Source of the DNA: the human T2T-CHM13v2.0 reference genome, Homo sapiens
DNA length: 64,000 nucleotides
Assembly (NCBI RefSeq): GCF_009914755.1
Contig: NC_060940.1
Strand: one strand, 5' to 3'
Numbering within the stretch: the first letter of the stretch is position 1; the number at the start of each line of letters is the position of its first letter. Below are positions 1 to 13,302 of this stretch, one piece after another. Under the pieces are notes generated by a model. That model had not been told where the DNA came from and searched no databases. It saw only the letters and a list, made by a program, of their open reading frames with translations. Position numbers and translations under genes: made by a program.

Positions 1-1482
1 CGCTAAACAAAGTAGAAATGAAGTGTGCTCACCAGCAGCATTGGAATGACCGGGGAGTGCAGAAGCACTTTTGAAATAAAAAAGGTTGCACAAGCGGACT
101 GGAGGCAGGGCTCAGGAGTGACACATCACTCAGTCACACTCTGGTGGCCCCAGGAAGCTGCGTCTGCCCTCACTTACCTGTAAAATGGGGCTGCAACAAC
201 ATTCTCACAAGGCAGAAAATAAAGATCTCATATATCCAGGTCCATCAACCCAGTTTTATTTCCCCTTTCCAGCTCTAGTTACATTGTTCTGGCAGCCAAT
301 CTTTCTTCTTAGGTAGCATGCAAAGGCATGGATTTGTTTTTAAGCATGAAGGAAAACAAAACGTGCTCTCAGACTGAGGCTAGCGTTGATAAGACACCAC
401 AATTGGGTGCATGGTTTTAAAACTGGTTTATTTATTTATTTATACCTTTGCCTCACCGATAGAAGGCAGTTCACCACCCAAACCACAAATGATAAAAACA
501 AAAACTCTGGACAAGAAAAAAGGAAGCTGCAAATAGGGCAACTATAAGGCTCATTTTGTTTGCTACCATTGAGCTTTGAAATCTGACTCACAGCTTCCTG
601 GCAGCAAGAGTGAAAAGGGGATGACGATTAATGACAAAGCCTCACTTCACTGGAGTATACAGTTCTTCAAAGGAGAGAAGAATTTTCCAGATGCTTCATT
701 TTCAAATAAATTCTGCACTCAGGGCTCTTTATAACGGGTCAATGAGAACAGAAGTTCGCTGTCAACTGTGAGAGCAAACAGAGCTGCAAAATTGCCAGGG
801 CCAGAGCAAAAAAGTGAAGCAAAGGGGCACCTGTCTAGTGCCCATTCCAGTTGTCTGGTGGTGGGCTCACAAAGTCTTATCTTGAGAAGGATTCAAGACC
901 ACATCTAAGCTGGGCAAAAAAGAGGCTACACTATGTTAGAGATGCCTGCCATAGGCAGAGGGCAGATGATGGCCCACACGTGTGCTGAATAACTCCTAAC
1001 CTTGGCTAAATAAATACAGCACAAATGAGCAGGTTTCTGGTCTCCAACTTGATCCAAAGATAGAGCTCTAGGGGTTTAGTAGACTGGATGGCAATCAGGA
1101 TTTTTAGATGTCCCTGAATAACACTTTTCTCAGCTGGGACTCTGAGAGGAGGTAGAAGGCTGATTGGAGTTTCTATCAATGCTTTGAAGGCAAAGCAAGC
1201 AGATGGTGGGCTTGACAGCTGAAACTGTAGAAGCCTGAGCTGCAAACACACCCGATTCAGGGCTGTACCACCTCCACACAGGCATGGACCAGATACTCTT
1301 TTTTTGTAATTTGTAAGATATTTTTTCCTATAGGATACACTTTAGGGAATTTCCTCTTTCTATATTTCACATTTCTCTATTATTTGAACTTATAACACAA
1401 ATCAGAGAAGAGTATACTTATTTTAAATATTTAGATATTAAAATATTTAATATTAAAATAATTTAGACATTATTTTAAATTA

Positions 1483-1746
1483 GTCTTCCCTTTTTTCTTT
1501 CTTTCTTTTCCTTTTCTTTCTTTCTTTCTCTTTTTTCTTCTTTCTTTTCCTTTCTTTCTTTCTTTCTTTCTTTCTTTTTCTTTCTTTCTTTCTTCTTTCC
1601 TTCCTTCTTTCTTTCTCCCCTTCCTTCCTTTCTTACTTCCCTTCCTTCCTTCCTTTCTCCCCTTCCTTCCTTCCTTCCTTCCTGCCTTCCTTCCTTCCCT
1701 CCCTCTCTCTCTCTTTTTCTTTCTTTCTTCCTTTCTTTCTTTCCTT
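1483..1746. repeat. (TTTC)n/(TTCC)n polypyrimidine microsatellite
   Basis: Continuous C/T-only tract; explains the K/E/R-rich ORF 1475..1837. Confidence 0.95.
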
Positions 1747-4589
1747 CACTACAAGTATGCCAACAACCTGTAAGGACTATCTTTAGAGTGCAGTAAAGCA
1801 AAAATTTGATCAATAGGAACTCATCTAATGGTTTCATTCACTCTACCCTTGGAAAGGAACAGATAATAAGAAAAGAAGCTCAGAGTCTATGGTGGCCACA
1901 GATCTTTCACAGACCCTGAAAATTCACTCCCTCTTACCCCGTCTTCAGGGTCTCTACTTGGACAGGACAACAGTCAACAGGGTATCCCGAAGGCCTGTCG
2001 TCAAGAAAACAAGTTAACAAACAACAACAACAAAACCATTCACTTCATCAATAATCAAGGCAGGAAATACAAAGTAATACCCTGGAACAAAAATGGTTCA
2101 AAAATGAAATGGGTTGTGCAGAAGGCAGAAAGTCCAGGTATCTTGGCTAGATCCAGAGGCACTGCCCTTTGTGCACCTAGACCTCAAATTCTCTTTTAGT
2201 TGCAAGACTCTGCCATCCTGAGAGTGTCTGAACACGTTTTTCAGAAGACTCTGTAACAACAGTGAATTTTTCAAAGCAGTTTTCTGGTGAGGCTTCAATT
2301 AACCAGAAAATCAGATTAATTGTGCATGAACTTCTATTTCTGGGAACAGTTTGACCCATGGAATATGCAAGTAAGACGTGTAAAAGTAAGACGTGTTAAA
2401 ATGGGGCTCTCTGGTATTTGCTTTAGAGCATGGAAGAATGGGAAAACAAGACAGTGAGGGCTGGGGGCCAAAGAAAATGCTATATTTAGATGTGCAGGGC
2501 TTTGTTTGGCCCTGATACCATCGTAGACACAGTTAGTCGGGAACAAGGGGGCCATTCAATCAATCCACCTGACACGCTGTCGCCGGCCCGTGCGTTCCAC
2601 AGGCACAGAGCTCAAAACCATCCTGAAAGAGGCTGTCGACTGAGAAGAGGTAACAGCTGCTCTGTGGCAATTAACCAGCAGTTTCTGTTGCTGAAGGAGA
2701 TTATTTTGGATGGCGTAAAGAGATTCAAATAAAAATGTCAACGTGCCCATTATGGATGAAAGTTAGAAAAACTTAAGTGGCCCTGAATTAATCACTATTT
2801 GACAGGAAGGCACGTAAACGAGTACTAAAAATCCCCCACAAATCTATTTTCCTGCCTTTTTGGTGATTGTAAAGAAGCTCACTGGGGGTGGGGAGGGCAT
2901 TTCTTGGCTGCAACCTTAATTCATCTTGGAGTGAAGATTTAATGACAAAGTTACAAGCCCTTAAAGTAGCATTTATTGAGGGGCTAATGAGAGTTCCTAA
3001 GAACTCTGAAAAAAAAAAAGAAAAAGAAAAAATAGCAGCCACTAACACAAGAGGCCTTTGAAAATACCGAAGAGAGGGGAGTTCATTAGTCTTTTTTTTC
3101 TTCCCCTTTCTCAACAATGAATGTTTCTGCTGCCAAACCTTCAGGAATAGGGTTGGTTTCCTTTCAAGTAATTGATGCAGACTTTGCTTGTGCATCGGAG
3201 TCCAGACACTCTTTCCAACAAGAAGCAGGAAATCTCACCGTCAAAGGGAAACTGTGCATTCCTTCCTCTCTGGCTGGGTCGGGGCCTTGCAAACAGTGGA
3301 TTTATGCTGCCCTTGCCAAAAACACCGCCGATTTCCACGCCCTCCCATGGCTAAGATAACGAATGCTGCCTTCGGCCTCTGAGAGCTGCACTTATTTAAA
3401 ACTCCAGCTATGCTGTAACAAAACCGGCTGCTGTCACCCCAAATCGAGCAAATGAGCCCCTGTCCTACAGCATAAAGGCTAAGAGAGTTATTGAATGTCC
3501 CCTGCGGAGAAGGCCCCATTTGCCCCTGCCGTCCCTTAGCATTCCCCCTCACCCCTCTTCTCGGCCCTCTCGCCTCCACTCCTCCATTCCAGGAGCACAG
3601 GAAGGAATAGCTGTGGCTGGTCTGTTCCGAAAGGATCGAGTTTTCTTAAGTCAGAATTTTTTTCTTTTAAAGAAAAAGCAGAAGTGGAAAGGAATGTTGT
3701 GAAGAAAATGGAAGCTGGCAAAGTGTTTTAACTTCAAATAATCTTCCCGTCAATGCTGACACCCAAACGTAATGCTCTTTTGTAAATGTAAATATAACTG
3801 AACAGTTATAGGAAGTGGAGAAGGAAGGAGAGGGGCTGTAAACCGCCAAATGTAAAACAGGTATCGTGACTTCTGGTCGCTCAAGACAGAGAGAAGCATT
3901 GCTTTTGGAGCTATTATCCCCAAGGAGTCTCAAAAATGATCTACAACATGTAATTAAACTGACATGCAGAAAACATGTGTATTTAGAAAATGCTCTCACT
4001 GTTGTTTATGCCTAACCAAAACATTCCATTTCTCTCAGGATACAAAAGGAAGGTTTTGCAATAAAAGTGCCTCCATTTGGAGAATACATTTATTAAAATG
4101 CTATTTTCCACGTCTGCATTAATCTGAGATCTGGGAGATGATTCCTATTTGTACAATACCCTCCTGCTTGGGAAGGTTTATGCCTCGTGGCACAATATCA
4201 ATGGTTTAGTAGCCAGATTGCCTAATTCTCAAAGAACTGTTTGCTTGACATCACCTAGGGAGGAACTCAGACTAATTCACCCCTCATTGGGACACGTGCA
4301 TATTTCTGAGAACATCTCTTTAAATACAGTCACACCCTGAAGGCTGCACATCATACGTTTTAATTCCTAAGGGTGACAAAATTCAGCACAGCTTAAATGG
4401 ATTTTTTTCAGCTGCATATAAATAGTCTTCAGTTCCAAGGGTGAAGCTAGGTGCCAACTGTTGGCTAAAATCACAAGGGAGAAAACACACCTTGCTGTCT
4501 TCAGGACTCGTGCTGTTGGGACTGAGAATACTAAGGGTGACTATAATAAGAAGAATATTAATAGTAACCATACATAATGTTATTATCAT

Positions 4590-4830
4590 AGTAGCTTTCA
4601 TCTATGTACCAAATAACGGGGGAATACTTTGTATTCATTTTCTCAGTTAAATCAGGCAACATCCTTTCAAGACTGGTAGTATTAGCTTCACTGTAAAGAT
4701 GAGAATTCAGGAGCTCAGAGAAGTTAATTAATGGCCCATGTTCACACAGTGAGTAGATGGAAGAAGGAGAATTCAAACCAGAACTGGCCTAAATACAAAG
4801 CTTTCTTTCGAATCACTACCCTAGTCTGTT
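4590..4830 (-). mobile_element. MIR SINE fragment
   Basis: MIR-type core ('gatgagaattcaggagctcagagaagttaattaatggcccatgttcacacag...aattcaaaccag'). Confidence 0.7.
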
Positions 4831-4934
4831 CTTTCCACAGCTACCTGCGTGCACATATGACTGACTTTGTAGCCATCCTTTCTTCCTTATAAACTCTGGT
4901 CTGCCCAACATATAACCCTGTGCTTCACAAGGGA

Positions 4935-5140
4935 GGCTGTGTAATCTAGTGATTAAGAGTGCATGGACCAGTGTTAGATTGCTTGGCTCTGAAACCTGAT
5001 TCTATCACTTACCAGCTGGGTGATCTTGTGCAAATTTCCCAGCCTGTGTCTTTACCTCTAAAATGGGAATATCAAACATTCTTATATAATATGGTTGGTT
5101 GTCGTAAAAATAAAATGGGATAATGTACTTAAATGTAGCA
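4935..5140 (+). mobile_element. MIR SINE fragment
   Basis: 'agtgattaagagtgcatggac...tctatcacttaccagctgggtgatcttgtgcaaattt...taaaatggga' resembles MIR consensus. Confidence 0.7.
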
Positions 5141-5177
5141 TAATTTCTAGCACATACTAATTACTCGCTTAGTGTTC

Positions 5178-5340
5178 GGAGAGAAGAAAAGAAAGAAAGA
5201 AAAAGGAAAAAAGGAAGGAAGGAGAAAAGATAAAGGAAAAGAATAGAAAGAGGGAGAAAAAAAGAAGGAAGAGAAAAAGAAAGGAAGAGAGAGGAGAAAA
5301 AAAGAAAGGAAGGAAGAAGGAAGAAAAAACAAAAGCAAAC
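5178..5340. repeat. GA-rich low-complexity tract
   Basis: Purine-only degenerate (GAAA/GGAA)n. Confidence 0.9.
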
Positions 5341-5904
5341 CAGAGGAAGGGGACACGTTCTCACAGCCACAGAGGGAAACCATTACCAACAGGGGATGCT
5401 GGAATACAGACAGCACCTCAAGGCTTCAGACAAGCCTAGTGGGCAGGACCCAGGGCCAGTCATACTATTTATTGGCTCTACTTCCTTGGTGTTGGCTCTA
5501 TTCAAAGGCTGACTCATCCCAGCAGGCTCCCAAGACTATGCTTACAGTTTTCCAGCTTCCCAGGAAGTGAAACCTGCAGGAGAAGTGAAACCACCTTGCC
5601 CCAGCATTCTCAACTTTGATCAGGTCACATGCTCACTTCTCAGCCAATCTCCAAAGCTTGTGGAATGCCACATGCTGATTGGCTTTCTCCCATCACATGC
5701 TTCTCTTCCGGCTCAGGAAACAGAGTCCAGTGTACCAGAAGCCCAGAGATGGAAAATGGAAGAAGAAATCATTTCCTAGAGGGAAATGGGGGTGCAATTA
5801 CCAGGAAAAGAATAAATGCAGAAATGACAAGCTGATGTCTACCACAAGCAAAATTTGCCTTCCGAGTGCATAACCTCTTCTTGGCATTGCTTGTGTCAGT
5901 TGAG

Positions 5905-6130
5905 TCGGTGTGGTCAAGAACTAGTGTTCTAAGATCTGTTGACTTTGGCTTGAGCCCTGGCTCCATTATTTACTAGCTGTATGACCCTTGGCAGGTTAAC
6001 CCAGCTCTCTCTGCTTCAGTTTCTTCATTTGTAAATGTGGTTAATAATATTACTCTTCTCATGGTTTGCTAAGTATTATATATGTATATATAAAGCACAT
6101 AACATGATAACAGTACATGCTAAGCCCCCC
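5905..6130 (+). mobile_element. MIR SINE fragment
   Basis: 'tttactagctgtatgacccttggcaggttaac...cagtttcttcatttgtaaa'. Confidence 0.7.
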
Positions 6131-6147
6131 AAATTTTAGGCATTTAA

Positions 6148-6720
6148 CATTCAACAGATATTTGTTGAGCACCTACTACATGCCAACTACGTGTTAAGTA
6201 CTTGGAATACACTGGTGAACCAAACAAAAGGATAACAACAAAAATCCCCTGACTTTGTGGAGTTAACATTCTAGTGTAGAAAGACAAATAATAAAAAATA
6301 AACAAAATAAGAAAATATATGGTATGTTAAGTGAAAACAGTGTAAAACAAAAGTAAGTCAGTGTAGAGGGGATTAAAGTAGTGGTGGTAAGAAAGGACAG
6401 GGTAGTCAGGGTAGGACCCGTTAAACTGGTGACATTAAAGCAAAGATTTGGAGGGGTCGAGTGAATTAGACAATAGGATATGTGGCGGGAGGGTGTTCCA
6501 AGCAGAAGGGCTAGGCAGTGCCAAGTCCCAAGGTGGGAACACACCTACAGTGTCCCAGGAGCAGCAAGGGACCAGTGTGGCTGGAAGGTTAGAGGTGACA
6601 TCAGCAAGATAAGACAAGGCCAGATCAGGAAGAATATGGGAACCCCATGAAGACTTTGAATTTGACTCTGAGGGACATGGGAGGAGGGTTTACCTGAAAT
6701 GACTTATTTTGTGCAAGGGC
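6148..6720 (-). mobile_element. L2 LINE 3' fragment
   Basis: Starts with the reverse of the L2 3' end ('cattcaacagatatttgttgagcacctactacatgcc'), followed by typical L2 body. Confidence 0.75.
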
Positions 6721-6859
6721 ACTGTGTGTCAAAAAATAGAGTAACTCCTGATGATGATGATGACATATGCATTCACCTGTTAAAGAAGCAAGTGCGTTGC
6801 AAAGCTTACTGTGAAATACACCCAGAGCAAATGCCACCGGTGTGCTGTTTGGTTCCTAC

Positions 6860-6997
6860 CTGAAGGTGAAGATGCACCTGAGGTGCTCCTGTGGCACATC
6901 TTCTTTTCCGCCAAAGCGATAAGTCACCGAGATTTGCAGATTCTTGACATTTCGTTTGCACTTGCTATTGTAAATGACCCCTTGGAAGAGGTCTCCT
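6860..6997 (-). other. Candidate 138-nt internal exon (phase 2/2), host gene unidentified
   Basis: Minus strand ...ttttgcttgaacag|AGGAGAC...CTTCAG|gtagga. Length divisible by 3. One frame is fully open (GDLFQGVIYNSKCKRNVKNLQISVTYRFGGKEDVPQEHLRCIFTF). Non-repetitive sequence, but the polypyrimidine tract is weak. Confidence 0.35.
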
Positions 6998-7699
6998 CTG
7001 TTCAAGCAAAACTTCTGTCAGGAACACCACTGGTCTCACGGAAACCATGGTTTTCTGAATCAAGAGCCACAGTGAGAGCTTGTTGAAGATTTAAATGGCT
7101 TCTGATTTCGGCCCAGTAATTCCATTTTAACGTAGGTATCTGGCAGTTTTGGCATTCAGCTTGTTTAGCATACCTTACAGCATCAGAAATTCTAAGAACT
7201 GCCAGGTGGAGCCTAACAAATAAGTCCCAGCAAGTAGATGAAGAGTGTCTATGGTGATTCTCAGGAGTGGATGGACTGTGTTTCAGAGGGGTGGGGCCAG
7301 ATGGAAGGTGATTTATATGACAGGTTGTTTTAGGTAATTTAATGCAATCTCTTAGAAACTTCATGCTGCCTTGGTAAGGTTTGGGCTTTCTTTGCAGAGA
7401 TGAAGAGAGAAGTTTCCCTCTATTAAACACCTAGCTAGAAGCATAGGACACAGTGACTGTAACCCTAGTTAGACTTGTAGATAGTTCACTGTGCTGTAAG
7501 GATGAGAGATCCCAGGAGACCATTCAATGGAGAAAGATGCCTATTCAAGTGTTTAGTATCCCCAGTCTCTTAGAAGCCATTAAGAAATCTCATTTGCGAA
7601 TTGTCTAAAACCTTTTGGGATCCACTGAAGCTTTCAGTTAGTATTGTCTGTAAGACTAATAATTTCCTATGTTTGTTTGTCTACCTTTCGGTCTTTTTA

Positions 7700-8668
<969 letters not shown>

Positions 8669-8983
8669 AACTATTATCTTGAAAATCAACTATTAAGCAT
8701 TTTTGGATTCCTGCTCTGTGCTAGGTACTACATTAGACATCTGAACATACTTTACTTCATTCTTATGAAAACTTTAGCAGGCTCTGAGGCTTTATCTGAT
8801 TTAGTAAGATCACACATAGGATGACCAATTATCCCAATTTGACCAGGACACAGAACATTCAGTGCCACAACTAGGAGAGTGTCAGAAAACTAGGATGGTT
8901 AATAAGCTTACAGGTAGGAAATGCCAGAGCAAATAATTAAACAAAGATTTCCTCACTTTTAGTCTCTCATTCTCTCTCTCTCT

Positions 8984-9353
<370 letters not shown>

Positions 9354-9384
9354 TAGTTTAAAGCATTTAAAGATTTAGATAGAT

Positions 9385-10715
9385 CAAAGATGGCCGAATA
9401 GGAACAGCTCCAGTCTGCAGCTCTCACTGAGTTCAATGCAGAAGGTGCGCTATTTCTGCATTCCCAACTGAGGTACCTGGTTCATCTCACTGGGACTGGT
9501 TAGACAGTGGGTGCAGGCCACAGAGGGTGAGCAGAAGCAGGGTGGAATGTCATCTCACCTGGGAAGCACAAGGGATCAGGGAACTCTCTCCCCTAGCAAA
9601 GGGAAGCCATGAGGGACCGTGCTGTAAGGGATGGTGCTGTCCAGCCCAGATACTATGCTTTTCCCACGGTCTTCATAACCTGCAGACCAGGAGATTCCCT
9701 TAGGTGCCTACACCACCAGGGCCCTAGGTTTCAAGCACAAAACTGGTCAGCCATTTGGGCAGACATCAAGCTAGCTGCAGGAGTTTTTTCCCATACCCCA
9801 GTGGTGCCTGGAATGCCAGTGAGACAGAATCATTCACTCCCCTGGAAAGGGGGCTGAAGCCAGGGAGCCAAGTGGTCTTGCTCAGCAGATCCCATCCCCA
9901 CAGAGCCCAGCAAGCTAAGATCCACTGGCTTGAAATTCTCGCTGCCAGCGCAGCAGTCTGAAGCTGACCTGAGATGCTCGAGCTTGGTGCGGGGAGGGGT
10001 GTCCACCATTACTGAGGCTTGGATAGACAGTTTTCCCCTCACAGTATAAACAAAGCCTCTGGGAAGTTAGAACTGGGGGGACCCCACTGCAGCATGGCAA
10101 AGCCACGGTAGTCAGACTGCCTCTCTAGATTCCTCCTCTCTGGGCAGGTCATCTCTGAAAGAGGCAGCAGCCCCAGTCAGGGGCTTATAGATAAAACTCC
10201 CATCTTCCTGGGACAGAGCACCTGGGGGAAGGGGAGGCTGTGGGCACAGCTTCAGCCGACATAAATGTTCCTGCCTGCTGGCTCTGAAGAGAGCAGTGGA
10301 TCTCCCAGCACAGCACTCGAGCTCTCCTAAGGGGCAGACTGCCTCCTCAAGTGGGTCCCTGACGCCTGTGCTTCCTGACCGGGAGACACCTCTCAGCATG
10401 TGTCAACAGATACCTTATACAGGAGAGCTCCAGCTGGCATCTGGTGGGTGCCCCTCTGGGACAAAGCTTCCAGAGGAAGGAGCAGGCAGCAATCTTTGCT
10501 GTTCTGCAGCCTCCACTGGTGATACCCAGGCAAACAGGGTCTGGAATGGACCTCCAGCAAACTCCAGCAGACCTGCAGGAGAGGAGGCTGACTGTTAGAA
10601 GGAAAACTAACAAACATAAAGCAATAACATTAACATCAACAAAAAGGATGTCCACGCAAAAACCCCATCCGAAGGTCACCAATATCAAAGATCAAAGTGA
10701 GATAAATCCACAAAG
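9385..10715 (+). promoter_or_regulatory. L1 5'UTR (internal sense promoter, putative antisense promoter)
   Basis: YY1-type 'aagatggcc' at 9387-9395. Sequence resembles L1PA7/8 5'UTR. Largely CpG-decayed, activity unknown. Confidence 0.7.
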
Positions 10716-10817
10716 AAGAGGAAATACCAGTGCAAAAATGCTGAAAATTCCAAAAACCAGAATGCTTCTTCTCCTCAAAAGGATCACAACTACTTACCAG
10801 CAAGGGAACAAAACTGG

Positions 10818-11735
10818 ATGGAGAATGTGTTTGAAAAATTGACAGAAGTAGACTTCAGAAAGTGGGTAATAACAAACTCCTCTGAGCTAAATGAGCATGT
10901 TCTAACCCAATGCAAGGAAGCTAAGAACCTTGATAACAGGTTACAGGAACTGCCAACTAGAATAACCAGTTTAGAGAAGAATATAAATGACCTGATGGAG
11001 CTGAAAAACACAGCACGAGAACTTCGTGAAGCATACACAAGTATCGATAGCCGAATTGATCAAGCAGAAGAAAAAATATCAGAGATTGAAGATCAACTTA
11101 ATGAAATAAAGCGCGAAGAGAAGATTAGAGAAGAAAGAATGAAAAGGAATGAACAAAGCCTCCAAGAAATACGGGACTATGTGAAAAGACCAAACCTACA
11201 TTTGACTGGTGTACCTGAAAGTGACTGGGAGAATGGAACCAATTTGGAAAACACAATTCAGGATATTATCCAGGAGAACTTCCCCAACATAGCAAGACAG
11301 GCCAACATTCAAATTCAGAAAATTCGGAGAACATCACAAAGACACTTCTTGAGAAGAGCAAGACACATAATCATCAGATTCACCAAGGTTGAAATGAAGG
11401 AAAAAATGTTAAGGGCAGCCAGAAAGAAAGGTCAGGTTACCCACAAAGGGAAGTCCATTAGGCTATCAGCAGATTTCTCTGCAGAGACCCTACAAGCCAG
11501 AAGAGAGTGGGGACCAATATTCAACATTCTTAAAGAAAAGAATTTTCAACCCAAAATTTCATATCCAGCCAAACTAAGCTTCATAAGTGAAGAAGAAATA
11601 ACATCCTTTACAGACAAGCAAACGCTAAGGGATTTTGTCACCACTAGGCCTGCCTTACAAGAGCTCCTGAAGGAAGCAGTGAATATGGAAAGGAAAAACC
11701 AGTACCAGCCACTGCAAAAACATACCAAAATGTAA
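10818..11735 (+). CDS. LINE-1 ORF1p, open for 305 aa from the second in-frame Met
   Basis: Coiled coil, RRM and CTD recognisable (YVKRPNL, ARREWG, YPAKLS). The ancestral ATG appears mutated to AAG at 10716-10718, in frame and with no stop before 10818. Confidence 0.85.
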   Translation: MENVFEKLTEVDFRKWVITNSSELNEHVLTQCKEAKNLDNRLQELPTRITSLEKNINDLMELKNTARELREAYTSIDSRIDQAEEKISEIEDQLNEIKREEKIREERMKRNEQSLQEIRDYVKRPNLHLTGVPESDWENGTNLENTIQDIIQENFPNIARQANIQIQKIRRTSQRHFLRRARHIIIRFTKVEMKEKMLRAARKKGQVTHKGKSIRLSADFSAETLQARREWGPIFNILKEKNFQPKISYPAKLSFISEEEITSFTDKQTLRDFVTTRPALQELLKEAVNMERKNQYQPLQKHTKM

Positions 11736-11798
11736 AGGCCATTGACACTATGAAGAAACCGCATCAACTAATGTGCAAAATAACCACCTAGCATCGTA

Positions 11799-13260
11799 AT
11801 GACAGGATCAAATTCACACATAACAATATTAACCTTAAATGTAAATGGGCTAAATGCCCCCATCAAAAGACACAGACTGGCAAATTGGATAGAGTCAAGA
11901 CCCATCAGTGTGCTATATTCAGGAGACCCATCTCACGTGCAAAGACACACGCAGGCTCAAAATAAAGGGATGGAGGAATATTTACCAAGCAAATGGAAAG
12001 CAAAAAGAAAGTAGGGGTTGCAATCCCAGTCTCTGATAAAACAGACTTTAAACAAAGATAAAAAAAAAAAAAAGACAAAGAAGGGCCTTACATATGGTAA
12101 AGGCATCAATGCAACAAGAAGAGCTAAGTATCCTAAATATATATGCACCCAATACAGGAGCACCCAGATTCATAAGGCAAGTTCTTAGAGACCTACAAAG
12201 AAACTTAGACTCCCACACAATAATAGTGGGAGACTTTAACACTCCACTGTCAATATTAGACAGATCAACAAGACAGAAAGTTAACAAGGATATTCAGGAC
12301 TTGAACTCAGCTCTGAACCAAGTGAACCTGATAGATGTCTACAGAACTCTCCACCCCAAATCAACAGAATATGCATTCTTCTCAGCACCACATTGCACTT
12401 ATTCTAAAATTGACCACATAACTGGAAATAAAACACTCCTCAGCAAATGCAAAAGAACAGAAATCATAACAAACAGTCTCTCAGGCCACAGTGCAATCAA
12501 ATTAGAACTCAGAATTAAGAAACTCACTAAAAACTGCACAATTACATGCAAACTGAACAATCTGCTCCTGAATGACTACTGGGTAAATAACGAAATTAAG
12601 GCAGGAATAAGTAAGTTCTTTGAAACCAATGAGAACAAAGACAAAATGTACCAGAATATCTGGGACACAGGTAAAGCAGTGTTTAGAAGGAAATTTATAG
12701 CACAAAGTGCCCACATGAGAAAGCGGGAAAGATCTAAAATCGACACCCTAACATCACATTTAAAAGAACTAGAGAAGCAAGAGCAAACAAATTCAAAAGC
12801 TAGCAGAAGACAAGGAACAACTAAGATCAGAGCAGAACTGAAGGAGATAGAGATACGAAAGACCCCTCAAAAAATCAATGAATCCAGGAGGTGTTTTTTT
12901 GAAAAGATTAACAAAATAGACCGCTAGCCAGACTAACAAAGAAAAGACAGAAGAATCAAATAGACACAATAAGAAATGATAAAGGGGATATCACCACTGA
13001 TCCCACAGAAATACAAACTACCATCACATAATACTATATACACCTCTATGCAAATAAACTAGAAAATCCAGAAGAAATGGATAAATTCCTGGACACATAC
13101 ACCCTTCCAAGACTAAACCAGGAAGAAGTTGAATCCCTGAATAGACCAATAACAAGTTCTGAAATTGAGGCAGTAATGAATAGGCTACCAACCAAAAAAA
13201 GCCCAGCACCAGATGGATTCACAGCTGTATTCTATCAGAGATACAAAGAGGAGCTGGTAC
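11799..13260 (+). pseudogene. L1 ORF2 5' part (endonuclease), frameshifted
   Basis: MTGSNSHITILTLNVNGLN start; GDFNTPLS and SKIDH motifs; frameshifts near 11890 and 12060-12095; stop at 12927. Confidence 0.92.
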
Positions 13261-13300
13261 AAAAACAAGAAATGGGCAAAGGATTCCCTATTTAATAAAT
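13259..13300 (+). other. 42-bp templated insertion copied from 15923-15964
   Basis: 'acaaaaacaagaaatgggcaaaggattccctatttaataaat' is identical at both positions. Confidence 0.92.
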
Positions 13301-13302
13301 TG

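Noticed and set aside
1475-1837. K/E/R-rich 120-aa ORF (similar ones at 5147 and 24183-24629)
   Set aside because: Microsatellite translation.
2369-2400. 15-nt direct repeat (aagtaagacgtgt...), similar 12-mer at ~44530
   Set aside because: Ordinary slippage microduplication.
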